The notes: generated by a model from the sequence alone, not told the origin. A stretch of DNA of 64,000 nucleotides from Candidatus Bathyarchaeota archaeon (GCA_963726255.1 CAVSBL010000002.1:992001-1056000), one strand, 5' to 3'; numbered from the stretch's first letter, positions 18,631 through 28,838 are shown. Translations and numbers: made by a program.

Positions 18631-19780
18631 ACCGCTTCTCGTAAAACAACTAGACCTCGTCATCCTGTTCGTGACCTCAATCTGCAACGCCCGATGCCGA
18701 ACATGCTTCTACTGGCTCGAACTCAACCGCAAAGGCGACCTAACCTTTGACGAACTCACCAGACTTTCCTTAACCATGCCCGAATTCCACGACCTGTGGA
18801 TCTCGGGCGGAGAACCCTTTCTTAGAAAGGACCTTGCGAAAATCATCCAAGTATTCTACCAGAACAACCACATTCGGGACCTGCGCATTCCAACTAATGG
18901 ACTCCCGACCGTACAGACGATTCAGACCGTGAAAGAGATTCTTCAGACATGCCCGGAACTTCAAGTTGAGGTCGATATCTCGATAGATGGCTTGGGCGAG
19001 ACGCATGACAGGATTAGGGGAGTTCCAGGCAACTTCGAGAAAGCACTCACCACAATCAGCGAACTTCAAGCCCTGCGGGCCCAATGGCCTAACTTCACAC
19101 TCTACATCAATTCAGTCATAACGCAGGAAAATCAAGATGAAATTACAAGGATGGGAGAATTCTTCGAGAAGAACAATCAACTGGACGGACACTATTTCCA
19201 GATCATACGCGGAGACCCGAAGGATCCAACACTTCAAACAGTGAACCCGCAGCAGCTTAGCCATATCTATCAGGAAGTACTACCCATCAACTTCCGTTAC
19301 GTGTCTAAATCCTCTCGGAAGAAATCATTGCTGGAACTGTTAACGAGGGCGTACTGGAAGGCAGGATACGCCTTCAGCTATCAGACCCAATATAGGAACT
19401 ACGTTGAACACGCCAAATGGAAGATGCCTTGCACCGCAGGCCAGACTTCTATCGTTATCGACTACAATGGAGATGTGAGAGTCTGCGAACTTCGCAAACC
19501 CATCGGAAACCTGAGACGCTATGGGATGGATTTCCGCAGGTTCTGGGGTTCAGTTGAACGGAAACTCGAGGTTCGCCGAGTGGAGCTTGACCAATGTTTT
19601 TGCACACACATCTGTTTCATGTACGATTCAATGCGTCACAGCAAAAGAGTCATGCTCTGGGAGTTACCCGCGATATACCTGAGACAACTTCTAGGAAGCT
19701 TTCTCCGCAAACCTATCGCTCGCAAGGAACTGGCGCAACCCAGAACAAGTGTGCCTCTGACGGTCGTACCCAGCGACTAG
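18605..19780 (+). CDS. Radical SAM/SPASM-domain protein
   Basis: CNARCRTC, SGGEPFLR, C-terminal CTAG...GDVRVCE...CFCTHIC. Confidence 0.88.
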   Translation: MPHREAFLKPLLVKQLDLVILFVTSICNARCRTCFYWLELNRKGDLTFDELTRLSLTMPEFHDLWISGGEPFLRKDLAKIIQVFYQNNHIRDLRIPTNGLPTVQTIQTVKEILQTCPELQVEVDISIDGLGETHDRIRGVPGNFEKALTTISELQALRAQWPNFTLYINSVITQENQDEITRMGEFFEKNNQLDGHYFQIIRGDPKDPTLQTVNPQQLSHIYQEVLPINFRYVSKSSRKKSLLELLTRAYWKAGYAFSYQTQYRNYVEHAKWKMPCTAGQTSIVIDYNGDVRVCELRKPIGNLRRYGMDFRRFWGSVERKLEVRRVELDQCFCTHICFMYDSMRHSKRVMLWELPAIYLRQLLGSFLRKPIARKELAQPRTSVPLTVVPSD

Positions 19781-19804
19781 GCAGGTTACGACGGCGTTCA
19801 CGTT

Positions 19805-20164
19805 TCAGCGGCGCGACTTCTTCGTCACTAAGTTACGTAATCTTGCGACTTTGCTCATGCTGAACTTTCTATCCGCCGTCACGAGTACGAACTTCTTTCC
19901 CGAACGAAATAGGAAAGCCATAATTTTCTCATGAACTAGAATTGAATATTCTGGTTTCCCGAAAAAATCTGCTAAATCCTCCGCTTTCTGAAAGGAGACC
20001 AACTTCGCGATTAAGTGAGGCGTCTTCTCAAGCGGCTCCATTGGCTGGACACCTTCACGCATACCCCCTTCCAGTATATGCCCGTGTCCGTCTACAATGG
20101 CAGCGAATCGGACCTGTTTGTCAAAGCGCATTATTCGATCATAAAGTCTGGGCAACTCTATCAA
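19805..20164 (-). CDS. DUF6659-like small protein (roadblock/profilin-like)
   Basis: DKQVRFAAIVDGHGHILEGGMREGV pattern; family call from recollection. Confidence 0.6.
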   Translation of the reverse strand: MIELPRLYDRIMRFDKQVRFAAIVDGHGHILEGGMREGVQPMEPLEKTPHLIAKLVSFQKAEDLADFFGKPEYSILVHEKIMAFLFRSGKKFVLVTADRKFSMSKVARLRNLVTKKSRR

Positions 20165-20332
20165 CCGCCTTCACATTTCGGTTCTTCACAAAAAGACCTT
20201 CCGATTTCTTGGAACGAGTGAAGCGAATATTACACTTAGCGCCACTAAATCATCCTAGGAGACAACCTGCCGAGTCGTTGTAATGGATTCGGTAGTCTTT
20301 ATTTCTCTGGGTTCTGCATTCACCGCCGCTCT

Positions 20333-20426
20333 GGGCCGGTCGTCTAGCCTGGTTAGGATATCTGCCTGACAAACCAAACGTCCAGAACGCAGATGGTCGC
20401 CGGTTCAAGTCCGGCCCGGCCCACCA
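20333..20426 (+). tRNA. tRNA-Val(GAC) with 16-nt canonical 37/38 intron (20372-20387), encoded CCA
   Basis: GGGCCGG/CCGGCCC acceptor stem, TCTGC/GCAGA anticodon stem, GAC at 20368-20370, GCCGG-TTCAAGT-CCGGC T-arm. Confidence 0.93.
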
Positions 20427-20489
20427 TGATATTTTAGAGGATGAACGGGGCTCGCTGAATAGCCATAACACCGGTTGCTTTTCATTGTT

Positions 20490-23167
20490 TCATATGTTCT
20501 CGGTTGTGGGCGCCATTTTCTCTCGCGCGACGGCCTGCGCTGCGACCAGGCGGGCCACTGGAACTCGGTAGGGTGAACAACTGACGTAGTCTAGGCCTAG
20601 TTCGTGACAGAACTCAACCGAACTTGGTTCGCCACCATGTTCACCGCATATCCCCACTTTGAGCTGTGGGTTGCTTTTCTTTCCCGCCTCGACAGCTAGC
20701 CGCATTAACTTACCAACGCCTCTCCTGTCAAGGACTTCAAACGGGTTGGAGTTCAGGATCTTCTTGTCGAAATAATCTTTGAAGAATTTTGCTTCAGCAT
20801 CGTCCCTGCTGAATGCAAAAGTTGCTTGGGTGAGGTCGTTTGTTCCAAAGGAGAAGAAATCAGCATAATGTGCGATCTCGTCCGCAGTTAAGGCGGCCCG
20901 AGGAACCTCTATCATCGTGCCGACCTTGAACTCTATTCTCAACCCCATTTTTTCCATGACTTTTGCGGCCACTGAGGTTATTTTTTGCGCAGGAAGCGAA
21001 TTTCGTTGGCTTCCCCTACAAGGGGGAGCATTATTTCTACTCGAACTCTGACGCCTTCGTTTTGCAGTTCGGTCGCGGCCTCAAAGATTGCGCGGGTTTG
21101 CATCTCATATATCTCAGGGTGGCTTATTGCCAGCCTACACCCTCTATGGCCGAGCATTGGGTTGTGTTCGGCCAGGGTTATCACTTTCCTGAGCATCCGT
21201 TCTTTCGATTCAAGCAAGTCCGCGCCACTGCCTGTCGCTTTCAAGGAAGCAACTTCAGCCGTCAATTCATCATACCTAGGTAGGAACTCATGGAGCGGCA
21301 GGTCCAGTAATCGAATGGTGACGGGCAGGTCCTGCATGTTACGGAAGATTTCTTTGAGGTCCTCCTTCTGCAACGGCCGCAGCTTCTCCAACGCTTGACC
21401 GCGCTCCTCGTCCGTTACGGACAGGATCATTTCTTGAACTATGGGAAGCCGGTCTTGAGCGTTGAACATCCGTTCAGTTCTACAAAGTCCGATTCCACCC
21501 GCGCCAAATTCCCTCGCTACCTTGGCCCCTTCGGGTGTGTCAGCGTTAGCTCGAACGCCGAGCCTACGAGCTTCATCAGCCCAGCCCAGCAATTGTTTTG
21601 CTTCAGCGCCCAACTTCGGATCAATTGTTGGAACAACACCCAGCAGCACATTTCCAGTGGTTCCGTCGATCGTGATAACGTCATTCTTCTTTACTGTAAC
21701 CTTGCGTGTGCTCATAGTATCGGTGCTAGGATCGATTTTGATCTGTTCGCAGCCAACGACGGCTGGTTTTCCCATCCCTCGGGCTACAACTGCCGCATGG
21801 GACGTCATACCTCCCCTGCTCGTGAGGACCCCCTTGGCAGCGATCATCCCGTGAATGTCCTCGGGGGTGGTCTCCTCTCTAACGAGGATAATTGCTTCTC
21901 CCGTCGACCCTAAAGAATGAGCTTCATCGGTATCGAAAATCACCCTCCCAGTCGCGGCGCCGGGTGACGCCGGTAGGCCGGTCGCTATCGGTTTAGCATT
22001 GAAGCTTGGATCAATCTGCTTGTGCACTAGCTGTTCTAGATGCGCGGGAAGAACTCGTAGCAATGCCTGCTCCTTCGAGAGAAAACCTTCCTCGACCATG
22101 TCGACTGCAATTCGGATGGCGGCTGAAGCAGTTCGCTTCCCCGACCGCGTTTGAAGGATGAACAGCTTTCCTTTTTCGACGGTAAATTCGATGTCTTGCA
22201 TGTCCTTGAAATGTTGTTCAAGCATCTTGCACATATCGAGCAACTGAGTGTAAACGAGGGGCATCTCGTCCTTTAGTTGAGCAATCGGTTTAGGCGTCCT
22301 GATTCCGGCTACGACATCTTCGCCCTGGGCGTTGATGAGGAACTCTCCGAACAGACGCGGTTCGCCAGTCGAAGGATTTCTTGTGAAACAGACGCCGGTG
22401 CCCGAATCCGGGCCCATGTTCCCGAACACCATCGTCTGAATGTTAACAGCCGTGCCCAGCGTTTCAGGAATCTTGTTCGCCTCACGATACACCACGGCCC
22501 TATGCCCGTTCCACGAACGGAAGACTGCCGCTACAGCCATCTGAAGTTGAGTTGCCGGATCGTCGGGGAAGTCCTGCCCCGTTTCCTTTCTGCTAAGACT
22601 CTTGAACTCTTGAACAAGAGACGCCAATGCCGTCGCATCGAGTTCAATGTCCGAACTCACGCCCAACTTCTCTTTGCGTTCGCGAATGATTGACTCGAAA
22701 GCATCTCCCCCAACACCAAGCACAACTTTCCCGAACATCTGAACGAAGCGTCTGTAGGCGTCGTACGCAAACCGTTCGTTATTCGTCTGCTGAATGAGAC
22801 CGATGACGGTCTTATCGTTCAACCCAAGGTTGAGCACCGTATCCATCATTCCGGGCATCGAGATTGGTGCACCGGACCGAACTGAAACCAGCAGCGGATT
22901 TGTAGCGTCCCCGAAGATTCGGCGCGTTTTCAATTCTAAGGTCTTCAGTTTCAGGCGGATTTCGTCTTCAAGGCCATCCGGGAACTTTGACCCATGTGAA
23001 CTATAGTAGTTGCAAGCCGCTGTTGTCACCGTTATGCCAGGAGGAATTGGCAGGCCGAGACCTGCCATCTCTGCAAGGTCTGCCCCTTTGCCTCCGAGCA
23101 GGCTCCGGAGCTTGGAACTCCCCTCCTCGAATAGGTAGACGTACAAACCGCTTCTCCCCACAAACAA
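20490..23167 (-). CDS. ppdK: Pyruvate, phosphate dikinase (frameshift in A-run near 20980)
   Basis: [50 protein letters not shown]. The two ORFs join if one A is added ([11 protein letters not shown]). Confidence 0.95.
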
Positions 23168-23350
23168 CTACCCGAAATGCAGCAGACTTACTGAAGAACT
23201 AGGATACGAAGGAATTGTGGTAATCTGGCTCGATTTGGACGCCACCTGTCAAAGTAAGTTGGCGTATTTACCGTACGTAGATATTACTTATTCCGAAGGT
23301 TTCCGCCGAGAAGTACTACCTTCCCAAGATATCAGGAGTGGAAATGTAAG

Positions 23351-25708
23351 ATGAGTGCCCTTCTACTTTGGTTCGACGAAATCAGTAAGCAAGATGTACC
23401 GCTCGTAGGCGGAAAGTCTGCAAGCCTGGGCGAAATGACATCAAAGACGAAAGTTCCAGTTCCGTATGGCTTCGCACTTACAGCCGATGCGTACAGGTTG
23501 TTCCTCGCAAAGAACGGGCTAGAATGTAAGATCGCAGATGCCCTGAAGGTCTTGACGGATTCAAACGACACGGTCACGCTCCAAAAGGTTGGTGCGGAAA
23601 TACGGAAAATGATTGAATCCGCGGTAATGCCGAAGGAACTCGAGCGAGTCATAGCAGATGGGTATGCGAAACTCAGTGAACGAGAGAAAGTCAAGAACCC
23701 GTTCGTCGCAATACGGAGTTCTGCGACTGCAGAAGACCTACCCGACGCAAGCTTCGCAGGTCAACAAGAAACATACCTCAACGTCACCGGAGTAAACAAC
23801 GTAATCCAGAGCGTAAAGGAGTGCTATGCGAGTCTTTTCACAGACCGCGCGATATTCTACAGAATCCAGAAAGGCTTCAACCATGTCGACGTAGCACTTT
23901 CCGCAATTGTGCAAATGATGTGCTATTCCGAGTCCAGCGGCGTTATCTTCACCATGGACCCAACAAACGGCGACGAGTCCCTGGTACTAATTGAGGCATC
24001 TTACGGATTAGGAGAGTACGTTGTGAAGGGCACCGTCACGCCCGACGACTATTATGTCGACAAGGCGAGCATGAAAATCATTCGAAAAGAGATACCCATG
24101 AAGACGATCATGCTTGTCCAGATCAAAGCCGGAGGAACTGAAGAGAAGAGAGTACCCAACGACCTCAAGGAGCGACAGGTAATCACTGACGATCAAGTAG
24201 TTGAACTGGCCAAGCATGCTATGACCATTGAACGACACTATGGCCATGCCATGGATATTGAATGGGGACTTGACACCCAGACCGGGAAACTCTTGATATT
24301 GCAAGCTAGACCTGAAACCGTTTGGTCCCTTAAGAAGAGCCCAATAAAGAAACCAACTCCTCTAGCCGGAGAGAAGAAGATCATTCTCAAAGGGCTGCCA
24401 TCATCTCCCGGCCTCGGATCGGGCAGAGCGCACGTAATCATGACATCGGACCACGTTAGCGAGTTTCAAAACGGCGAAGTCCTCATAACCGAAATGACTA
24501 CACCCGACTGGGTGCCGACAATGAAGAAAGCAAAAGCAATCGTCACAGACGCCGGTGGCATGACATGCCACGCCGCCATCGTCAGCCGCGAATTAGGAAT
24601 CCCATGCATAACAGGGACGAAAATCGGAACTACCACCATACACACAGGAGAAGAAGTTACAGTTGACGCAAAGATGGGCTTCGTCTACCAAGGAATAGTC
24701 CTAGAGATGCCTGAATCCGACACCAAACCTCAACCATCTGCAGATGGGTTGGCGGCTTTCAAGGATCCTACCGTAACTGGGACGAAGATCTTCGTCAACC
24801 TTGGCGAACCCGAGTTAGCCCACAGAATCTCACAGCTGCCAGTAGACGGCGTGGGCCTGCTACGGATGGAATTCATTGTAAGCGATCACGTAAAGAAACA
24901 TCCGATGATGCTTATCGAGCAGGGACACCCTGAAGAATTCGTGGACAAGCTATCCACAGGCCTTGAAACAATATGCAGAGCATTCTATCCGAGGCCGGTT
25001 GTTCTTCGCTTCAGCGACTTCAAAACGAACGAGTATGCAACACTCGAGGGTGGAGAAAAATACGAAGGCGGCATCAAAGAGGCGAACCCGCTTATCGGAT
25101 GGAGAGGGGCAAGCCGCTACACCGACCCGCGTTACCAACCAGCATTCAAACTCGAAATTGCAGCCATCAAGAAAGTCAGAAACGAATTGGGCATGCGAAA
25201 CCTTTGGTGCATGATCCCGTTCAACCGAACCGTAGACGAGTTTGTGAAAATCCGCGAGCTTCTCCGAAGCGAAGGGTTAGAACAATCGGAGGATTTCAAG
25301 CTCTGGATCATGGCCGAAATCCCCAGCAACATAATATTGGCAGATGAATTCTGCAAAGCTGGTGCGGACGGTTTCTCAATCGGTAGCAATGACCTGACGA
25401 TGCTAATACTAGGCGCGGACAGAGACAATGAGGTTTTGGCGCCACTCTTCGACGAAAGGAACCTTGCGGTCAAACGAGCAATCAAGGACCTTATCGACAC
25501 GGCCCACAGTTTCGGTAAGACCGTAAGTATCTGCGGCCAAGCGCCAAGTGTCTATCCTGAATTCGCGAAGTTTCTGGTTGAATCGGGTATAGATAGCATT
25601 TCAGTGAACCCGGATGTCATAGTCCACACGCGGAGACTGGTCGCACAAGTTGAACAGAGAGTCGTTCTAGACGCGGCGCGAAAACAATGTGCTGAAAAGA
25701 ACCGTTAG
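23351..25708 (+). CDS. ppsA: Phosphoenolpyruvate synthase
   Basis: VGGKSASLGEM, RSSATAEDLPDASFAGQQET, GGMTCHAAIVSRE, IGSNDL, ICGQAPS. Confidence 0.96.
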   Translation: MSALLLWFDEISKQDVPLVGGKSASLGEMTSKTKVPVPYGFALTADAYRLFLAKNGLECKIADALKVLTDSNDTVTLQKVGAEIRKMIESAVMPKELERVIADGYAKLSEREKVKNPFVAIRSSATAEDLPDASFAGQQETYLNVTGVNNVIQSVKECYASLFTDRAIFYRIQKGFNHVDVALSAIVQMMCYSESSGVIFTMDPTNGDESLVLIEASYGLGEYVVKGTVTPDDYYVDKASMKIIRKEIPMKTIMLVQIKAGGTEEKRVPNDLKERQVITDDQVVELAKHAMTIERHYGHAMDIEWGLDTQTGKLLILQARPETVWSLKKSPIKKPTPLAGEKKIILKGLPSSPGLGSGRAHVIMTSDHVSEFQNGEVLITEMTTPDWVPTMKKAKAIVTDAGGMTCHAAIVSRELGIPCITGTKIGTTTIHTGEEVTVDAKMGFVYQGIVLEMPESDTKPQPSADGLAAFKDPTVTGTKIFVNLGEPELAHRISQLPVDGVGLLRMEFIVSDHVKKHPMMLIEQGHPEEFVDKLSTGLETICRAFYPRPVVLRFSDFKTNEYATLEGGEKYEGGIKEANPLIGWRGASRYTDPRYQPAFKLEIAAIKKVRNELGMRNLWCMIPFNRTVDEFVKIRELLRSEGLEQSEDFKLWIMAEIPSNIILADEFCKAGADGFSIGSNDLTMLILGADRDNEVLAPLFDERNLAVKRAIKDLIDTAHSFGKTVSICGQAPSVYPEFAKFLVESGIDSISVNPDVIVHTRRLVAQVEQRVVLDAARKQCAEKNR

Positions 25709-25754
25709 CGCGTCAACCATCCCAAGAGGACTGGGGCTCTCACGGGCCTCTAGG

Positions 25755-25907
25755 TTAACTGTGATCCCACCACAGGTTGTGGCATCTAGCACACACGACC
25801 TGCGTGAACTCTTCAAACGCAGGCAAATACTCAGTCCGTATCTCCGAAGTGTTTCTCTGCCTCAGTGTTATTTGTCGACTCCCGCAAGCGGGACAAGCAC
25901 ACATCAT
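25755..25907 (-). CDS. Zn-ribbon microprotein (paralog 1)
   Basis: MMCACPACGSRQ...QVVCARCHNLWWDHS; two CxxC pairs; paralogous to 26133-26264. Confidence 0.7.
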   Translation of the reverse strand: MMCACPACGSRQITLRQRNTSEIRTEYLPAFEEFTQVVCARCHNLWWDHS

Positions 25908-25934
25908 GTTTATGGCCGTTAGCGCTAGAATAAC

Positions 25935-25964
25935 GTAATACAATTAAAGGATTTCTGGTAATAC
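25935..25964. promoter_or_regulatory. Operator-like element GTAATAC-N16-GTAATAC enclosing BRE/TATA of Zn-ribbon gene 1
   Basis: GTAATAC at 25935-25941 and 25958-25964; near-identical element at 26291-26320. Confidence 0.65.
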
Positions 25965-26132
25965 TTCTGCGCTGAAGAATCACTGGAGCAGTATGATAGG
26001 GACAGCCTTAGCTGAGTGAATGAAGGTAGAGAATGTTTCTGTCGCCTTCTGAAGAGGCGCATCCCTCTGACAGGCCGCGTACTCTCTCAAAATTGCAGCA
26101 TTCTTCGTCCTTGTAATCATATGAGAAATTTG

Positions 26133-26264
26133 CTACGGAGTTGTATATGGGTAGCTTTGGTCCCACCAAATGTTTACGCAGTTTGCGCATTTGATCTGGA
26201 CAGCCTCGCGAGCGTTGATGAACTCCATATCCCTACTTCCGCAAGCAGGGCAAGTGTCTGCCAA
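26133..26264 (-). CDS. Zn-ribbon microprotein (paralog 2), below ORF-track cutoff
   Basis: Manual translation MADTCPACGSRDMEFINAREAVQIKCANCVNIWWDQSYPYTTP; alternative GTG start at 26273. Confidence 0.7.
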   Translation of the reverse strand: MADTCPACGSRDMEFINAREAVQIKCANCVNIWWDQSYPYTTP

Positions 26265-26290
26265 CACTTCCACAAACCTGAACGTGGACC

Positions 26291-26320
26291 GTAATACAAT
26301 TAAGGGATATGGTGTATTAC
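26291..26320. promoter_or_regulatory. Inverted-repeat operator GTAATAC-N16-GTATTAC in divergent promoter
   Basis: Perfect 8-bp inverted repeat GTAATACA/TGTATTAC flanking an AT-rich core, 10 nt before the ATG at 26331. Confidence 0.7.
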
Positions 26321-26330
26321 TGACGTAGCC

Positions 26331-27209
26331 ATGAAGCGCCGTTATAGTATGACCTTGGACCCGTCCTTAATGCATAAGGTAGACTTGTTAGTCGATGGGA
26401 CGAGGTTCACCAACCGGTCGGAAACGGCTGAATTTCTCATGAAACTCGGGATAGAACAATTCCGACCCGAAAGAACGGCGTTGATCCTATGCGGCGGCCT
26501 TGAAACCAGAGTGAGGCCATTGTCCTTCTCTACACCCAAAGCTCTTCTACCGATAGGGTACCAAGCCTTGGTCGAGTACCAAATTGAATACCTGAAGCAC
26601 TACGAATTTGATAGAATAGTTCTGGCGATAGGCTACCTACAGGAACAGATCGTCCGCTACTTGGACGAACACCGCCTCGGAATACGCCTTCGCTTCAGCT
26701 TCGAGAAAGAACCCCTCGACACGGGAGGCGCCATAAAGAACGCTGAACAGATGATAAGCTCCGATTTCCTAACACTAAACGGCGACGTGATCTTTTCAGG
26801 ACTTGACCTTGACAAATTGATTTCCGCCCACAAGAAAGCCAACGCATTAGCCACCGTCGCATTGGCGAAGTCCAGGACGCCGACGAGGTTCGGGGCCGTG
26901 GAGCTCGATAGCGACAACAGAGTCGTTAGCTTCGTTGAGAAGCCACGAAAACAAACTGCCGGCGAGACGTGGGTAAACGCAGGCGTCTACGTAATTCGCC
27001 CTTCCATCTTCGCCAAGATCCCAAAGGGAAGACGGACTTCGCTCGAGTTGGATGTCTTCCCCAAGTTAATGCGGGAAGGAACAATCTTCGGATACAGACA
27101 TGAAGGATACTGGGCGGATGTTGGAACACCCGAGGACTACCTACGGGTTCAAAAAGACCTTCTCACTGGAGTCCTAAAGCCAATCACAGAAATGCCCGAG
27201 AATGCTTGA
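26331..27209 (+). CDS. Ribbon-helix-helix domain fused to sugar-phosphate nucleotidyltransferase domain
   Basis: MKRRYSMTLD..L..KVD.LV....FTNRSETAE (CopG/NikR-like RHH), then ALILCGGLETRVRPLS..TPKALLPI, EPLDTGGAI, LNGD, FVEKP, YWADVGTPEDY. Confidence 0.85.
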   Translation: MKRRYSMTLDPSLMHKVDLLVDGTRFTNRSETAEFLMKLGIEQFRPERTALILCGGLETRVRPLSFSTPKALLPIGYQALVEYQIEYLKHYEFDRIVLAIGYLQEQIVRYLDEHRLGIRLRFSFEKEPLDTGGAIKNAEQMISSDFLTLNGDVIFSGLDLDKLISAHKKANALATVALAKSRTPTRFGAVELDSDNRVVSFVEKPRKQTAGETWVNAGVYVIRPSIFAKIPKGRRTSLELDVFPKLMREGTIFGYRHEGYWADVGTPEDYLRVQKDLLTGVLKPITEMPENA

Positions 27210-27226
27210 CTTTGGATGGCTACGGG

Positions 27227-28372
27227 CTACGCCAAAGCCGGTATTCTTCGCTTAAGGTCCTTCAGAATTTCGGCTGTTTGTTTCGGCGACGTGTCGGCTG
27301 AAAGTTCCTGCTTGGCTTCCCCCTCACTGCTAATGCTCTCTGGAGCACTCTCCCCAACGAGCGCTTCGAACAACTTCTGCCAATCCCTTGGGACGGCTTT
27401 GGGAGGCACGTAATCAACTAGTACGGAGGCAACAGAAGTCCATGCCCTCGCAACGTTGGCTAGGTTGTAGCCGCCACCGCCGAAAACAACGAGGCGACTA
27501 TGAGCTACCTCATGCGCCAATTCATGAACAATCTTAGCGACCTCGCAGTAGGTCTTTGTAGTGAGTTGCAAGTGAGCTAGCAGGTCGTTTGCATGCGAGT
27601 CTGCCCCACATTGCAGCAGCAGAACCTGCGGCTTGTACTTCCTCACGGCTGCAGGAACAATTTCCCGAAACAGCTCCATGTATGGCTTGTCGCCGGTGAA
27701 CGGCGGTAATGGTATGTTAATCTTGATTCCGGAAGCTTTGCCTTCGCCAATCTCCTCAGTGGATCCAGTGCCAGGAAAAAGATAGTGGCCGTCTTCGTGG
27801 AAGTCAATATCCAAAACGCCAGCGTCTGAGTAGAACCCGTACATTACGCCGTCTCCATGATGCGCGTCCACGTCTAGGTAGAGGACCTTGTCCACTGCAT
27901 ACTTCTTCTTCAGATATGCAATTGAGACGGCGGGGTCGTTGAAGATGCAGAAACCGGACGCGCGACCTGGATGGGCATGGTGCAGTCCTCCAGAGAGGTT
28001 CATCGCATGTGCTACTTGACCTGACATGACTAAATCAACCGCAGCCAGAGACGCGCCTACACCGAGCGCAGATGCCTCAAAACAACCCTTGAAAGCGGGC
28101 GTATCTCCCATATCGAGAAATCCTTCGCCTGACCTACTGACCTTCTGTACTAGATCTATGTACTCTTCATCATGGAAGAGCGCAAGTTCATCGCGGCTGG
28201 CCACACGCGGTTCACTGACCTTCACGTTCGGCGAAGAAAGTAAGCTGACTGCCCTCATCAGCTCAAAGGTCAGTTTCAGCCTAGTTGGCTTGAGCGGGTG
28301 GGTCGGCCCGAAGTCGTACTGCTGAAACGCGTCGCTGTAAACGACGCCGAGGGTCTGGGTCAATGGGTGCAA
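27227..28372 (-). CDS. AcuC/histone deacetylase family protein
   Basis: HPLKPTR, GGLHHA...ASGFCIFND, DVDAHHGDG, GADSH..D.LA, GGGGY. Confidence 0.93.
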   Translation of the reverse strand: MHPLTQTLGVVYSDAFQQYDFGPTHPLKPTRLKLTFELMRAVSLLSSPNVKVSEPRVASRDELALFHDEEYIDLVQKVSRSGEGFLDMGDTPAFKGCFEASALGVGASLAAVDLVMSGQVAHAMNLSGGLHHAHPGRASGFCIFNDPAVSIAYLKKKYAVDKVLYLDVDAHHGDGVMYGFYSDAGVLDIDFHEDGHYLFPGTGSTEEIGEGKASGIKINIPLPPFTGDKPYMELFREIVPAAVRKYKPQVLLLQCGADSHANDLLAHLQLTTKTYCEVAKIVHELAHEVAHSRLVVFGGGGYNLANVARAWTSVASVLVDYVPPKAVPRDWQKLFEALVGESAPESISSEGEAKQELSADTSPKQTAEILKDLKRRIPALA

Positions 28373-28490
28373 CCTGCCGAGAAGCGGCTACGTTCATTGG
28401 GTGGGGCGTTTGTTATGCGTTTAGGTTATGGTTTTCAGTAGCCCAAACTTAAATAATCCATATGTAATAACCGCCACCTGGCGTATACGA

Positions 28491-28838
28491 ATGCTACACT
28501 CCCCCAGCACTCTGAAGATTTCTCTGACTGAGAAAGCTGCTGAGAAAGTCAAGGCAGCAATAGATAAGCAAGAAAAGAAGGATGTGGGCCTGCGCCTCTA
28601 TGTTTCGGGCGGAGGCTGCAGCGGGTTCCAATACGGTTTGGCTTTCGACAACCAGACCGACGGAGACCATGTTATCGAAGCTCACGGAGTCAAGCTTCTA
28701 GTCGACGAACAGAGCGCTCAGTACGTGGATGGCTCAGAAGTGGACTATGTTGAAACAGTCATGGGTGAAGGTTTCAGGGTGAACAACCCCAACGCAACCG
28801 AAACATGTGGTTGCGGCCACTCATTCAAACCCAAGTAG
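28491..28838 (+). CDS. A-type Fe-S carrier (ErpA/HesB/IscA)
   Basis: GGGCSGFQY and NPNATETCGCGHSF. Confidence 0.93.
   Translation: MLHSPSTLKISLTEKAAEKVKAAIDKQEKKDVGLRLYVSGGGCSGFQYGLAFDNQTDGDHVIEAHGVKLLVDEQSAQYVDGSEVDYVETVMGEGFRVNNPNATETCGCGHSFKPK

Noticed and set aside
20970-20990. Programmed -1 frameshift at the A-run in ppdK
   Set aside because: Same pattern as several other homopolymer deletions, including in atpB; sequencing error is more parsimonious.
23168-23350. GTAWTAC-like half-sites (ATATTAC, GTACTAC) in the ppdK/ppsA intergenic region
   Set aside because: Degenerate and not spaced 16 bp apart, so they cannot be claimed as the same operator.
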